From Candidatus Omnitrophota bacterium (lineage in GTDB: Bacteria; Omnitrophota; Gorgyraeia; Zapsychrales; Fredricksoniimonadaceae): DNA of 64,000 bases. The notes beneath the pieces were generated by a model, which worked only from the letters and a program-made list of their open reading frames with translations, ran no database searches and was not told where the DNA came from. The stretch covers positions 6,089 through 70,088 of the forward strand of contig JAGWKL010000007.1 in the NCBI GenBank assembly GCA_028865345.1, given 5' to 3'. The position numbers and the translations under genes were made by a program. The stretch's first letter is position 1. Each line of letters begins with the position of its first letter. This document shows, in pieces, positions 49,454 through 59,925 of the stretch.

Positions 49454-51025
49454 ATGGAAGTCAATACACTCGGGCAGGCATTTATTTTTGTTTTTGCCGC
49501 CATCGTCTGCGTTATTGTCGGGTTTTTCCTCAACCGTCTCCTCGGCCGCCAGCGCCTGGATCAGGCGCATAAAGACGCCGGGGGCATCAGAGAATTGGCC
49601 CAGCGCGAGGCGCAGGCCATCCGCAAGGAGGCCGAACTGCAGGCCAAGGACCTGTTGCTTAAAATGCGACAGGATTTTGAGAAGGAGACCAAGGAACGGC
49701 GTGAAGAACTCAGCGGCATGGAAAAGCGTGTTTTGCAACGCGAGGAAAATCTTGACAAACGCGTTGACCTGCTGGAGAAAAAGGAAAAGGACATGTCCAT
49801 GCGTCTGGAGGCGCTGGCGCGCAACGAGGCCGGCTTTAAACAAAGAGATGAGGAGTTGACCAAGGTCCTGGCCCAGGAGAAGGAAAGGCTTTATACCATT
49901 GCCAACCTTTCCCCCCAGGATGCCAGGCAGATCCTTTTGGCCCGTCTTGAAGAGGAATTGTTGAACGAAAAAGCCGTACGCCTGCGCCATATCAATGAGG
50001 AGATCAAGGAAACTTCGGAGAAGAAAGCGCGCGAGATCATCAGCACCGCCATTCAGCGCTGCGCTTCCGATCACACGGCGGAGACCACGATTTCGGTCGT
50101 CCCGCTGCCTTCGGATGAAATGAAGGGACGCATCATCGGACGCGAGGGCAGGAACATCCGCACCCTGGAACAAGCCACGGGCGTTGATATCATCATTGAT
50201 GACACGCCTGAAGCGGTGACGATCTCGGGTTTTGACATGATGCGCCGCGAGATCGCGCGCATAGCCCTGGAGCAGCTCATCGCGGATGGGCGCATCCATC
50301 CCGGACGCATCGAAGAGGTCGTGGAAAAGGCCAAGGCCGAGATCGAAAAGAAGATCAAAGAGGAAGGTGAGCGCGCGGCCCTTGAGCTTGGGATCCACGG
50401 CATGCATCCGGAGCTCATTAAACTGGTGGGGCGCCTGCGTTACCGTACGTCTTTCGGGCAGAACGGCCTCAACCATTCCATTGAGGTGGCCAAGCTGATG
50501 GGCATCATGGCGCACCAGATCGGCGTCGATGTCAAGACCGCCAAGCGCGCCGGATTATTGCATGATATCGGCAAGGTGGTTTCTTCCGATGTGGAAGAAG
50601 GCACGCACGCCATCGTGGGTGCCCGCTTGGCGCGCAAATACGGCGAATCGGAAGATGTGGCCTATGCCGTGGAAAGCCACCACGGCGAAGTGGAAATGAA
50701 CACGGTCTATGGGATCCTGGTTTCCGCGGCGGATGCCATCAGCGCCTCGCGTCCCGGCGCCCGCGCCGAGAGCATGGAGACATACGTCAAGCGCCTGGAG
50801 AACCTGGAAAAAATTTCCAATTCGTTTAAAGGGGTGGAAAAGTCCTACGCCCTGCAGGCCGGCCGCGAAATAAGGGTCGTGGTGATGCCGGAGAAGGTCA
50901 ATGACGATGAGGCCGTGGTGATGGCCCGGGACATCCGCAAGAAGATCGAAGAAGAGATGGAATATCCAGGCCACATCAAGGTCATGGTGGTACGGGAGAT
51001 CCGGGCTGTGGAATATGCCAAATAG
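49454..51025 (+). CDS. rny: Ribonuclease Y
   Basis: N-terminal TM, coiled coil, [11 protein letters not shown] (KH), LLHDIGK (HD), [10 protein letters not shown]. Confidence 0.98.
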   Translation: MEVNTLGQAFIFVFAAIVCVIVGFFLNRLLGRQRLDQAHKDAGGIRELAQREAQAIRKEAELQAKDLLLKMRQDFEKETKERREELSGMEKRVLQREENLDKRVDLLEKKEKDMSMRLEALARNEAGFKQRDEELTKVLAQEKERLYTIANLSPQDARQILLARLEEELLNEKAVRLRHINEEIKETSEKKAREIISTAIQRCASDHTAETTISVVPLPSDEMKGRIIGREGRNIRTLEQATGVDIIIDDTPEAVTISGFDMMRREIARIALEQLIADGRIHPGRIEEVVEKAKAEIEKKIKEEGERAALELGIHGMHPELIKLVGRLRYRTSFGQNGLNHSIEVAKLMGIMAHQIGVDVKTAKRAGLLHDIGKVVSSDVEEGTHAIVGARLARKYGESEDVAYAVESHHGEVEMNTVYGILVSAADAISASRPGARAESMETYVKRLENLEKISNSFKGVEKSYALQAGREIRVVVMPEKVNDDEAVVMARDIRKKIEEEMEYPGHIKVMVVREIRAVEYAK

Positions 51026-51082
51026 AATCAAGCGCAGCGAACGAGCCCAAGGGCTGTTTGATGCACTGCGAGGGTATGCGCT

Positions 51083-51937
51083 ATGAATATATTATGCATA
51101 GGTGATATCGTCGGACGTCCCGGAAGGGAAGCGGTGGCCGCGCTATTGCCGAAAATGAAAAAAGAACATGCCATCGATCTGGTGGTCGCCAACGCCGAGA
51201 ACGCCTCCGGCGGCGCCGGGCTTATCCCCAAAAATGCCGATGAGATTCTGGGCATGGGTGTTGATGTGATGACGATGGGAGACCATGTTTGGGACAAGCC
51301 GGAAATATTTGGTTATTTACAGGAGCGCAGGGAAAACATCATCCGTCCGGCTAATTTTCCGGAAGGAGTGCCGGGTTTCGGATGGACCGTGGTGACGGCC
51401 TCCAACGGCGTCCGGGTCGGCATAATAAATCTTTTAGGCCGTACCTTTATGCGGTATAATGTTTTTTGTCCTTTTTTGACGTTGGAATCCATAGTGTCTA
51501 AGATCAGGGACCAGGCGTCTGTGATCATTGTCGATATGCATGCGGAAGCCACCAGTGAAAAGGTGGCGCTGGGCCATTTTGCAGACGGGAAAGCTTCCCT
51601 GGTATTCGGCACGCACACGCATATACAGACAGCCGATGAAAAAATTTTGCCCCAAAAGACGGCGTATATCACGGATGTGGGCATGAGCGGTCCTTATGAT
51701 TCAGTCATCGGTCAGGACAAGGTGAAAATCATCAACCGTTTTCTGACCAGCATGCCGCATAAATTTGAAGTGGCCCAGTCCTCCGGGACTGTCCACGGGG
51801 TGATCGTCAAGGTGGACGCCCGGACCGGAAGGGCGGAAGCGGTGAGGCGGGTTTCGCAAGAATCACCGATGGCACAACCGGCTGCTAAAGCCCCGTCTAC
51901 GGCGGGACGAAAGGCCGCTTCCGACAATGGAAATTAA
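51083..51937 (+). CDS. ymdB: YmdB / TIGR00282 metallophosphoesterase
   Basis: GDIVGRPG, NAEN, DMHAEATSEK, GTHTH. Confidence 0.95.
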   Translation: MNILCIGDIVGRPGREAVAALLPKMKKEHAIDLVVANAENASGGAGLIPKNADEILGMGVDVMTMGDHVWDKPEIFGYLQERRENIIRPANFPEGVPGFGWTVVTASNGVRVGIINLLGRTFMRYNVFCPFLTLESIVSKIRDQASVIIVDMHAEATSEKVALGHFADGKASLVFGTHTHIQTADEKILPQKTAYITDVGMSGPYDSVIGQDKVKIINRFLTSMPHKFEVAQSSGTVHGVIVKVDARTGRAEAVRRVSQESPMAQPAAKAPSTAGRKAASDNGN

Positions 51938-51995
51938 GGAAAGCGGCACTTCGAATCAATGGAAAAGCATAATGGAATTATAAGGAAGGAGTGAT

Positions 51996-52388
51996 ATGTC
52001 TTGGGAAGGGATTGACCGCAGAAAATTTCCCAGAGTGTTGTATCCGTGCCTGGTCAAGGTCATCTCCGCCGACCGCCGCCAGGAAGCCCTGCTGACCCAT
52101 ACGGAAAATATCGGGATGGGGGGCTTGAGCGTCACCGTCAAGCATGAGATCAAGCTGTTCACGCCCATGGAGATGGAAGTTGACCTTTTGGACCTCGAAG
52201 AGCACATTACTCCCAAAGGCAAGGTGGTTTGGAATGTGAGGCGTAAATCCATCGAAGAAATAAAACCCATGTTTTATGATATCGGCATCGAATTCACGGA
52301 AATCTCCAAGAAAGACCATGAGCGCTTGAGGGAAAACCTTCAGAGGCTCATTGAAAAAGGGGTCAAGGTCTCAAAGCCGTTTATCTAA
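51996..52388 (+). CDS. PilZ-domain protein
   Basis: DRRKFPR, NIGMGG, GKVVW, GIEF. Confidence 0.88.
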   Translation: MSWEGIDRRKFPRVLYPCLVKVISADRRQEALLTHTENIGMGGLSVTVKHEIKLFTPMEMEVDLLDLEEHITPKGKVVWNVRRKSIEEIKPMFYDIGIEFTEISKKDHERLRENLQRLIEKGVKVSKPFI

Positions 52389-52404
52389 AAATAAAAGCTG
52401 TTTT

Positions 52405-52764
52405 ATGTTTGACGCCAACCGCAGAAAATACCCCAGGGCCAATTTTCCGTGCCAGTTGACAATGTGGCTCGCCGACGGGGCGAGTGACACAATATTGGTT
52501 GAAACAACCAATATTGGGGCCGGAGGCGTGTGCGTGCAGATCAACCGGGGGATCGATCTGGGGGCGCAGGTGGATATTCAGGTCCATTTTAAGAATCCGA
52601 CAACCCCCTTCAAATGCCGTGGAATCGTGGTGCGTTCACGGAAGGTCTCGGAGACGCAATATGATATCGGCATTCAGTTTGAACCTTTGGGTGAATTGAA
52701 AAGCGCGTTTCTGGATGGAAAAGTGTCCGAGCTCATAGAGTTGGAGAACAAGAGAAAAAGCTGA
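52405..52764 (+). CDS. PilZ-domain protein
   Basis: NRRKYPR, NIGAGG, GIVVR, GIQF. Confidence 0.88.
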   Translation: MFDANRRKYPRANFPCQLTMWLADGASDTILVETTNIGAGGVCVQINRGIDLGAQVDIQVHFKNPTTPFKCRGIVVRSRKVSETQYDIGIQFEPLGELKSAFLDGKVSELIELENKRKS

Positions 52765-54035
52765 TGGTCCGCGTACGGTTTGCCCCTTCTCCAACAGGAT
52801 TCTTACATATCGGTTCCGCCCGTACCGCGCTTTTTAACTGGATGGTGGCCCGTGCCCAAGGCGGAAAATTCATCCTGCGCATCGAGGACACAGACCAAGT
52901 CCGCTCCAAGACGGAATTTCTCGAAGAGATCCTTGAGAGCATGAAGTGGCTGGGCCTGACCTGGGACGAGTATTACAAGCAAAGCGACCGTTTTGACATC
53001 TACCGCCAATATGCCGGCAAGCTGCTCTCCGAAGGCAAGGCTTATCAGGACGGGGCCGCCGTTGTCCTGAAGGTCCCTCAAAAATCCATCAAGCTCTATG
53101 ATCTGATCCGCGGCGAGATCGTCGTCGACACCAAGGAGATCAAGGACCAGGTGCTGATGAAGTCCGACGGGTCGCCGACCTACAGTTTTGCCTGCGTGGT
53201 GGATGATGCCCTTATGGAGATGACCTGTATTATCCGCGGGGAAGACCATATCTCCAACACGCCCAAACAAATGTTGATCTATGAAGCGCTGGACTTCAAG
53301 ATCCCCAAATTTGCGCATCTGCCGTTGATCCTGGATCCCGAGGGCGGGCGCATGTCCAAAAGGGCCGGGGCCACGGCGGTTTCGGAATACCGCACCCAGG
53401 GGTTTTTGCCGCAAGCCATTGTCAATTATCTTATGCTCCTGGGCTGGTCACCCGGAAACAACCAGGAGAAGGTGTCCATGGCCTCGGCGCTCAAGACATT
53501 TTCTATAAAGAAGGTCAATAAAGCCGGGGCGGCATTTTCATTTGAAAAACTTCAATGGCTCAACAGCCAATATATCCGGGAAATGGATACAGCCAGGCTT
53601 GCAGAAGCGTTAAGGCCATTGGTTGCGGCAAGGTATCCGCAAGCAGATCTTCAAGGGGCTGATTTTGAGCGTATGGTACAATTATATAAAGGACGCATGA
53701 ATACGCTGGCGGATTTTCTGGATTGGACGGATTATATATTCACTGACCTTGTCCCTTTTGATCCTGAGGCAAAGGCCGCGCATTTGACCCGGGACATGGG
53801 CAAAGAATTTGATGTGCTGGCACAACAGCTGGGCGCCGTCGATGATTTTAACGCCAAGACTGCGGAAGAAACCTTTCGTTCGGTGGTCGCAGGACTTGGC
53901 ATTGAGGCCGGTACCCTGGTCCATCCTGTAAGGGTGGCCCTGACGGGCCGTGCCGTGGGGCCGGGCCTGTTTGACACCATGGCGGTTTTGGGCAAAGAAA
54001 GGACCATCCGCCGACTGAAAGAAGGGTTTCATTGA
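52764..54035 (+). CDS. gltX: Glutamate--tRNA ligase
   Basis: RFAPSPTGFLHIG, LRIEDTD, RGEDH, RMSKR. Confidence 0.97.
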   Translation: MVRVRFAPSPTGFLHIGSARTALFNWMVARAQGGKFILRIEDTDQVRSKTEFLEEILESMKWLGLTWDEYYKQSDRFDIYRQYAGKLLSEGKAYQDGAAVVLKVPQKSIKLYDLIRGEIVVDTKEIKDQVLMKSDGSPTYSFACVVDDALMEMTCIIRGEDHISNTPKQMLIYEALDFKIPKFAHLPLILDPEGGRMSKRAGATAVSEYRTQGFLPQAIVNYLMLLGWSPGNNQEKVSMASALKTFSIKKVNKAGAAFSFEKLQWLNSQYIREMDTARLAEALRPLVAARYPQADLQGADFERMVQLYKGRMNTLADFLDWTDYIFTDLVPFDPEAKAAHLTRDMGKEFDVLAQQLGAVDDFNAKTAEETFRSVVAGLGIEAGTLVHPVRVALTGRAVGPGLFDTMAVLGKERTIRRLKEGFH

Positions 54036-54039
54036 TTAT

Positions 54040-54113
54040 TGCCTTGTCGTCTAATGGTAGGACATGAGATTCTGGATCTCAGTATCTTGGTTCGAGTCCA
54101 AGCGAGGCAACCA
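54040..54113 (+). tRNA. tRNA-Gln(CTG)
   Basis: TGCCTTG/CGAGGCA acceptor, TGAGA-TT CTG GA-TCTCA, CCA end. Confidence 0.93.
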
Positions 54114-54119
54114 GTTTTT

Positions 54120-54152
54120 AAAAGGGGACACTTTAAAGTGTCCCCCTTTTTT
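54120..54152. repeat. Palindrome, GGGGACAC family copy 3 (also a plausible terminator)
   Basis: aaaaggggacacttt|aaagtgtccccctttttttt. Confidence 0.85.
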
Positions 54153-54230
54153 TAGCCAGGCGGCACTTCAAAGAAAACACCGGCGGAGGTGTAAATTGAG
54201 GGACAAAATCCGGATTTTGTATTAGAATAA

Positions 54231-54259
54231 GGAACTTTTTATAATGATTTTTTGTCTAA
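54231..54259 (+). promoter_or_regulatory. ECF (sigmaE-like) autoregulatory promoter
   Basis: GGAACTT-16 nt-GTCTAA immediately upstream of the ECF sigma gene. Confidence 0.7.
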
Positions 54260-54275
54260 ATAATGGGATGAACGG

Positions 54276-54836
54276 ATGGACATCGCCCAAGATATTTTGA
54301 TCAGGGCTTCCCGGGGTGAAGCCCAGGCCTTTGAAGAGGTTTATAAAGCAACCAGCGGCTTTGTCTATAACGTGGCTTTGCGGATCGTTAACAATAGAGA
54401 AGACGCCCTGGAAGTGGCCCAGGAGGTTTTTTTGATCGTCCATGACAAGCTTAAAACGTTCCGGTTTGAGTCTTCCTTTAAGACCTGGGTCTACAGGATC
54501 ACGGCCAATACGGCCATCAATTTTGCCAAAAAGAATTCCAGGCTTAAGTCTGTGCCTTTTGAAGAGTCTTTGATGGAGCCTCCGGCGGAAAATGAAGCTC
54601 TTACACAGATGGACCAGGAATACCACAACCGGCTTGTTGAAAAGCTGTTGGGTGAACTTAATTGTGAACAAAGGGCGTGTGTGGTGCTGAGGGACATTCA
54701 GGGGTTAAGTTATGAGGAGATGGCGCAGGCGCTGAACATCAATATCAATACGGTGCGTTCCCGGCTCAAAAGGGCGCGGGAGAAATTGTTGAGCTTAAAG
54801 CAATCGGTGGATTATGAAAAAGTGCGGACATTTTAA
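54276..54836 (+). CDS. ECF RNA polymerase sigma factor
   Basis: DALEVAQEVF, SFKTWVYRIT, LSYEEMA...TVRSRLKRAR. Confidence 0.95.
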   Translation: MDIAQDILIRASRGEAQAFEEVYKATSGFVYNVALRIVNNREDALEVAQEVFLIVHDKLKTFRFESSFKTWVYRITANTAINFAKKNSRLKSVPFEESLMEPPAENEALTQMDQEYHNRLVEKLLGELNCEQRACVVLRDIQGLSYEEMAQALNININTVRSRLKRAREKLLSLKQSVDYEKVRTF

Positions 54837-55296
54837 AGATTTGATCCTCACGGATTATATAGACGGCCGGCTGGATAAAAATGCCGTTGCGGCCTTAGAA
54901 AGCCATTTGCTTGAATGCAGTGATTGCAGCGCTTTTTTTAAAGAAGTCAAGAATACGGCGGTATCTCCTTTCCATCGGGCCTTGCAGCAGCCCCCTCCTG
55001 CCGGGCTATGGGAGGCGGTGAAGCAGGCAGTAGAACAGGAAGAACAGCCGGGGTTTGGGGAGAATTTCATTAACGGATTAAAGGGTTGGATGGTTTTTCC
55101 AAGACTGGTACCGGTTGCGGCGACACTTGTGCTGATGCTTTTGGCGGGAGGGGTTTCTTTGACGACCCTGCAGGCCGACCGGGCCCAGGAGAAGGCGGAT
55201 GCCGCGTACTTGGTTTCGCTGTTCAATGCAGGCGGAGGCGCATCGTCGTCGGACAATACCAGCCTGGGAACGCCCATTGAGAAATATTTTCTTTAG
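54814..55296 (+). CDS. Zinc-binding anti-sigma factor (zf-HC2) with TM
   Basis: HLLECSDC (HxxxCxxC); one TM helix. Confidence 0.88.
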   Translation: MKKCGHFKDLILTDYIDGRLDKNAVAALESHLLECSDCSAFFKEVKNTAVSPFHRALQQPPPAGLWEAVKQAVEQEEQPGFGENFINGLKGWMVFPRLVPVAATLVLMLLAGGVSLTTLQADRAQEKADAAYLVSLFNAGGGASSSDNTSLGTPIEKYFL

Positions 55297-55308
55297 AGGA
55301 GGGAATAT

Positions 55309-55764
55309 ATGCCAAGCGTTAAAAAAATTTTATTTTGTTTTTTAAGTTCATCCCTGTTGATGGCCGTGCCGTTGGCGCTGGCCCAGGACGCCCCCGGTCA
55401 CGAAGGGCACTTCCCCAATGCCCGCATGGAAAAGCGCATCCATGAAGTTTTTAACCAGCTTGGCCTGACAGAAGAACAAAAGAAGGAACTGCAAGCCAAT
55501 AAAGAAAAATATCGCCCAAGAATAATCAGCGAACACCGGCAGATGAGGGCGGTCATGGAAGCTCTCAGGAAGGAATTGATGAAGCCCCGGTTAAATATGG
55601 CCAGGATCCATCAGCTCCACAACCGGACCAAGGACCTGATGTCTCAAATGGAAGACGACAGGCTTACCTCGATCCTCGCGGTCAGGGTGATCCTGACCCA
55701 GGGGCAGTTTACAAAATTCGTCAACCTGATGGAGCAATTTAAGCATGAGCGCCATGAGAAGTGA
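55309..55764 (+). CDS. Spy/CpxP-like periplasmic protein
   Basis: Signal peptide; LGLTEEQ and ILTQGQ (LTxxQ) motifs. Confidence 0.82.
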   Translation: MPSVKKILFCFLSSSLLMAVPLALAQDAPGHEGHFPNARMEKRIHEVFNQLGLTEEQKKELQANKEKYRPRIISEHRQMRAVMEALRKELMKPRLNMARIHQLHNRTKDLMSQMEDDRLTSILAVRVILTQGQFTKFVNLMEQFKHERHEK

Positions 55765-55765
55765 A

Positions 55766-56419
55766 TTAGAGCGGAGCCCTTTTATGTTTGAAAAATTCCA
55801 GGAAGGCCGGTATCAGAGAAATGCCGACGATCACTAAAATGACCCAGGAAAAGTTATGCCGCACAAAAGGCAGGTTACCGAAGAAAAACCCGCTTAAGAC
55901 CCCTACCAAAACCCAGGCCGTTCCCCCGATAATGTTATAGATTGTGAATTTGGCATACGGCATGCCGCCTACCCCCGCCAGGAAAGGAGCAAAGGTCCGG
56001 ATGATGGGCATAAACCGCGTGATGATGATGGTCTTGGCCCCGTATTTTTCGAAAAAGGCATGCGTACGCTTGATGTAGTTCTGGTTGACAAAAGGCCCGG
56101 CGCGGTGACTCGTAACTTCGTCGGCCAGGAATACGCCGATCGCATAATTGAGCATGTTGCCGCCGACGGCGGCAAGCGTGAGGCCTACGACCAGCAGCCC
56201 TAATTGCAGGGTGCCGGAGGCGGCCATGGCCCCCAGGACAAAAAGCAGGGAATCCCCAGGCAGAAAAGGCGTCACCACCAGGCCGGTTTCACAAAAAATG
56301 ATGACAAACATGATGAGGTAGGTCCATACCCCGTAATGGATGACGATGGCCCCCAGGTGGCGGTCCAGATGGAGCAGAAAATCGGCGTACTGGTGCAGTA
56401 AGGGCATGGGGGACATCAT
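55766..56419 (-). CDS. dedA: DedA family membrane protein
   Basis: FCETGLVVTPFLPGDSLLF, RFMPIIRTFAPF. Confidence 0.95.
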   Translation of the reverse strand: MMSPMPLLHQYADFLLHLDRHLGAIVIHYGVWTYLIMFVIIFCETGLVVTPFLPGDSLLFVLGAMAASGTLQLGLLVVGLTLAAVGGNMLNYAIGVFLADEVTSHRAGPFVNQNYIKRTHAFFEKYGAKTIIITRFMPIIRTFAPFLAGVGGMPYAKFTIYNIIGGTAWVLVGVLSGFFFGNLPFVRHNFSWVILVIVGISLIPAFLEFFKHKRAPL

Positions 56420-56432
56420 AACAGAAAAAGGA

Positions 56433-56462
56433 AAAAGGAGACACTTTAAAGTGTCTCCTTTT
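56433..56462. repeat. Perfect 30-bp palindrome, GGAGACAC family copy 4
   Basis: aaaaggagacacttt|aaagtgtctcctttt. Confidence 0.9.
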
Positions 56463-56478
56463 CGCGTATAATGAAAGA

Positions 56479-57141
56479 ATGCGTACGGTCCGCTTTCTTT
56501 TTATTGTTTTGTGTTTGGTCGCGGCGGGTTTCTGGTTGTTTCGGCAGATGGACCGGCAGCATGTCTATCAAGAGATGCTGGAGAGGCTCCAGGCGGAATC
56601 ACGGGCGGCTGAGGTGCTGGTGACCGCGGTCCATGTCGATCCCCGGACCCATCGCCGCATGACCACCATCAAGTTCGTCGAAGTAGACAGCGAAGGCCGC
56701 CCCATGCCGCCAAAATATTTTACCTTCAGCGGCGATTTGATCCAGTTTGAGTCCCTCGTGGTGCGCTTTGAAGACAAATTTGTGGCCGCCGGCGACCGGT
56801 TCAGGGGCAGGAGCGTTTATTTGTTCTGGAAGGCATTCTGGCTCGACGGGCCACATACGGAAGAATACCCCATCACCCAAGTCAATCAGATTCCCGGCGG
56901 GTATAAAATTCCGGGAAGGACGAGCGGGTTCGAAAACAGGTTTTGGAAGGATTTTTGGCAATACGCCTTTGATGAAATCAAGGCCGGGAAGGCGGGCGTC
57001 AAAAGCGTGCAGGTCGAAGCGCCGGGGGTCATTTTTATTCCCGGGTATTTGTATACGATTCATATCGAGCACGACGGCGGATTGCGGATCGACGCCAAAC
57101 CTTTGGACCCGATTTTGCGCGGGGAGAGGATTCCGGCGTAA
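56479..57141 (+). CDS. Hypothetical membrane-anchored protein
   Basis: 220-aa ORF, N-terminal TM; no family recognised. Confidence 0.7.
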   Translation: MRTVRFLFIVLCLVAAGFWLFRQMDRQHVYQEMLERLQAESRAAEVLVTAVHVDPRTHRRMTTIKFVEVDSEGRPMPPKYFTFSGDLIQFESLVVRFEDKFVAAGDRFRGRSVYLFWKAFWLDGPHTEEYPITQVNQIPGGYKIPGRTSGFENRFWKDFWQYAFDEIKAGKAGVKSVQVEAPGVIFIPGYLYTIHIEHDGGLRIDAKPLDPILRGERIPA

Positions 57142-57159
57142 GGATCATGGGAGGATTCT

Positions 57160-57879
57160 ATGAAGGCACAAACAATTGAATATAAACAGGCAGGCACCCT
57201 TTGCGAAGGATATTTGGCCTATGACGACAGCCGCAATGATAAACGACCGGGCATATTGGTTGTGCATGAATGGAAAGGCCTGGATGGTTATGCCCGCCGG
57301 CGCACGGAAATGCTCTCCCGGCTGGGATACGTTGCCTTTGCCGCGGATATTTACGGCAAGGGCATACGTCCTCAAACGGTCCCTGAGGCCGCAGCCATGG
57401 CCGGGAAATTCAGAGGAGAAGACAGGTCCCTTTTAAGGGGCCGCGTCAATGCGGGACTGGATGTTTTAAGGTCCCAGCCCCAGGTGGATCCGTTGCGGTT
57501 GGCCGCCATCGGTTATTGTTTCGGAGGGACCGCTGTCCTGGAATTGGACCGAAGCGGTACGGATGTCAAAGGCATTGTCAGTTTTCACGGCGGGCTGAAC
57601 ACGCCCAAGCCGCAAGATGCGGAAAATATCAAGGCCAGGATCCTTGTTTTGCACGGGGAGGCGGACCCCTTTGTCAAACCGGAAGAAGTGGCGGCCTTTG
57701 AGAAAGAAATGAAGGCGGCACGCCTCGAGTACCGCCTGGTCAAATACCCGGGCGCCCAGCACGGGTTCAGCAACCCGGAAAATAAGGGGGACAACCCGCC
57801 GGGCGCTTGTTATCAGGAAGCCGCGGACAAGGGTTCATGGGACCAGATGCAGAAATTTTTTAAGGAGATTTTTATATAG
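57160..57879 (+). CDS. Dienelactone hydrolase family protein
   Basis: HEWKGL, GYCFGG, HGEADP, HGF. Confidence 0.93.
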   Translation: MKAQTIEYKQAGTLCEGYLAYDDSRNDKRPGILVVHEWKGLDGYARRRTEMLSRLGYVAFAADIYGKGIRPQTVPEAAAMAGKFRGEDRSLLRGRVNAGLDVLRSQPQVDPLRLAAIGYCFGGTAVLELDRSGTDVKGIVSFHGGLNTPKPQDAENIKARILVLHGEADPFVKPEEVAAFEKEMKAARLEYRLVKYPGAQHGFSNPENKGDNPPGACYQEAADKGSWDQMQKFFKEIFI

Positions 57880-57914
57880 CAATTGGGACAAATTGTGCTA
57901 CTATTCAATACATT

Positions 57915-59045
57915 ATGAAAATCCATGAATACCAGGCAAGAAATTTGTTTGCCCAATACGGCATTCCCGTGGCGGCCGGGGACGTGGCCCAAACACCCGA
58001 GGAAGCGTTGAGCATAGCCCGCAAGGCCGGGTTGCCAGTGGTTGTCAAGGCCCAGGTGCTGGTCGGCGGCCGCGGCAAGGCCGGCGGTGTCAAGGTTGTC
58101 GACAATGAAGCTGACCTTGTTTCTGAGTTTAACCGCATCAAGCAGCTGAATATCAAGGGTTATACGGTGGAACGCCTGTTAATTGCCAAGGCGGTGGACA
58201 TCAGGAAGGAATATTATCTGGCTGTGACCATCGACAATATCAAGGGCGATGTGGTTGTCATCGCTTGCGCTGACGGCGGGGTAGAGATCGAAGAGACCGC
58301 CAAGACCCATCCGGAGAGGATCATTAAATTTTATATGCAGGGGGCCAAGGAGCTTGATGAGGCCCGCTGGGCCCCGGTGGCGGCACAATTATTCGATGAT
58401 CTGCGCCTGCGCAAGAGTGTTACCGCCATCCTGCAAAAATTGCTTAAACTGTTCTTCGAGAAAGACTGTTCCCTGGCGGAGATCAATCCTTTTGTCATCA
58501 ACGGCGAGGGCAATTTAATGGCCGTGGACGCCAAGGTCATCATTGACGACAATGCCCTGGACCGCCAACCGGAAGCGGCGGCCTTGAGGGACATGAAATA
58601 TGAAGACCCTGATGAACTGGAAGCCAAGACCAAGGGATTAAGTTTTGTGAAGCTGGAAGGCAATGTCGGCTGCATTGTCAATGGGGCTGGCCTGGCAATG
58701 GGCACCATGGACGGGGTCAACCTGCTGGGCGGCCGACCGGCCAATTTTTTGGACGTGGGGGGATCTTCCAATCCGGAAAAAGTCCTCAATGCCCTCAAGA
58801 TCATCTTGCGCAATAAAGACGTCAAGGTCATTCTGATCAATATTTTCGGCGGCATCACCCGTTGCGATGATATCGCCAACGGCATATTGACCGCGCTCAA
58901 GCAGATACAGATCCATGTGCCCATGGTCATCCGTTTGACTGGGACCAATGAAAAAGAAGCCAAGGAGCTCCTGACATCGGCAGGTTTGAGGACGTTTAGC
59001 TCCATGAGACAGGCTGTTACAGAGGCGGTGAAGGCGACCAAATAA
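57915..59045 (+). CDS. sucC: Succinyl-CoA ligase beta subunit
   Basis: [34 protein letters not shown]. Confidence 0.97.
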   Translation: MKIHEYQARNLFAQYGIPVAAGDVAQTPEEALSIARKAGLPVVVKAQVLVGGRGKAGGVKVVDNEADLVSEFNRIKQLNIKGYTVERLLIAKAVDIRKEYYLAVTIDNIKGDVVVIACADGGVEIEETAKTHPERIIKFYMQGAKELDEARWAPVAAQLFDDLRLRKSVTAILQKLLKLFFEKDCSLAEINPFVINGEGNLMAVDAKVIIDDNALDRQPEAAALRDMKYEDPDELEAKTKGLSFVKLEGNVGCIVNGAGLAMGTMDGVNLLGGRPANFLDVGGSSNPEKVLNALKIILRNKDVKVILINIFGGITRCDDIANGILTALKQIQIHVPMVIRLTGTNEKEAKELLTSAGLRTFSSMRQAVTEAVKATK

Positions 59046-59046
59046 T

Positions 59047-59916
59047 ATGTCCATCCTTATTGATCAAAATACCAAGGTCATTGTTCAGGGCATCACCGGC
59101 CGCGACGGGTCTTTCCATGCCAGGCAGATGCTGGAATACGGCACCAAGGTCGTCGGCGGCGTGACGCCGGGCAAGGGCGGCCAGGAGATCAGCGGCATCC
59201 CTGTTTTTAATTCCGTCGAAGAAGCGAGGCGACAGACCGGATGCAATGCGGCAGTCATTTATGTGCCTGCCAAATTCGCCAAAAGCGCAGTTCTGGAAGA
59301 TATTGCCGCCGGTATTCCGCTCATTGTTTGCATCACCGAAGGGATCCCGGTGTTGGACATGGTGGAAGTCAAAAAAGCGTTGAGGAACACCCAGATCCGT
59401 TTGATCGGCCCCAATTGCCCGGGCTTGATCTCGCCGGGAAAGTCCAAGATCGGCATCATGCCCGGCCATATCCATAAGCCCGGGGATGTCGGCGTTATTT
59501 CACGTTCGGGGACCCTGACCTATGAAGTGGTTTTTAATTTGACGGCCAACGGCTTGGGTCAATCGACCTGTGTGGGCTTGGGCGGGGACCCTATTATCGG
59601 CACCAGGTTCGTGGATGTGCTTAAGATGTTCCAGGAAGATCCGGGCACCCGTGCCATTGTGATGGTGGGTGAGATCGGCGGCGGGGATGAACAACTGGCT
59701 GCGGACTACATCAAGAGATTTATCACCAAACCCGTTGTGTCTTTTATCGCCGGACGCACGGCGCCCGCGGGCAAGCGCATGGGGCACGCGGGAGCCATCA
59801 TTTCGTCAGGCGATTCCACCGCAGAAGCCAAAATACAGATCTTGCGCGATGCCGGCGTTGTCGTCGTTGATTTTCCCGATGAGATTCCCCAGGCCTTAGC
59901 GGCCAGTTTGAAATAA
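59047..59916 (+). CDS. sucD: Succinyl-CoA ligase alpha subunit
   Basis: [26 protein letters not shown]. Confidence 0.97.
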   Translation: MSILIDQNTKVIVQGITGRDGSFHARQMLEYGTKVVGGVTPGKGGQEISGIPVFNSVEEARRQTGCNAAVIYVPAKFAKSAVLEDIAAGIPLIVCITEGIPVLDMVEVKKALRNTQIRLIGPNCPGLISPGKSKIGIMPGHIHKPGDVGVISRSGTLTYEVVFNLTANGLGQSTCVGLGGDPIIGTRFVDVLKMFQEDPGTRAIVMVGEIGGGDEQLAADYIKRFITKPVVSFIAGRTAPAGKRMGHAGAIISSGDSTAEAKIQILRDAGVVVVDFPDEIPQALAASLK

Positions 59917-59925
59917 GTTTATTCC

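Noticed and set aside
49142-50515. 457-aa minus-strand ORF
   Set aside because: Antisense shadow of rny/ygfA; no recognisable motifs
51030-51082. Weak inverted repeat between rny and ymdB (agcgca...tgcgct)
   Set aside because: Only about 6 bp of pairing, single copy; not enough to call an element
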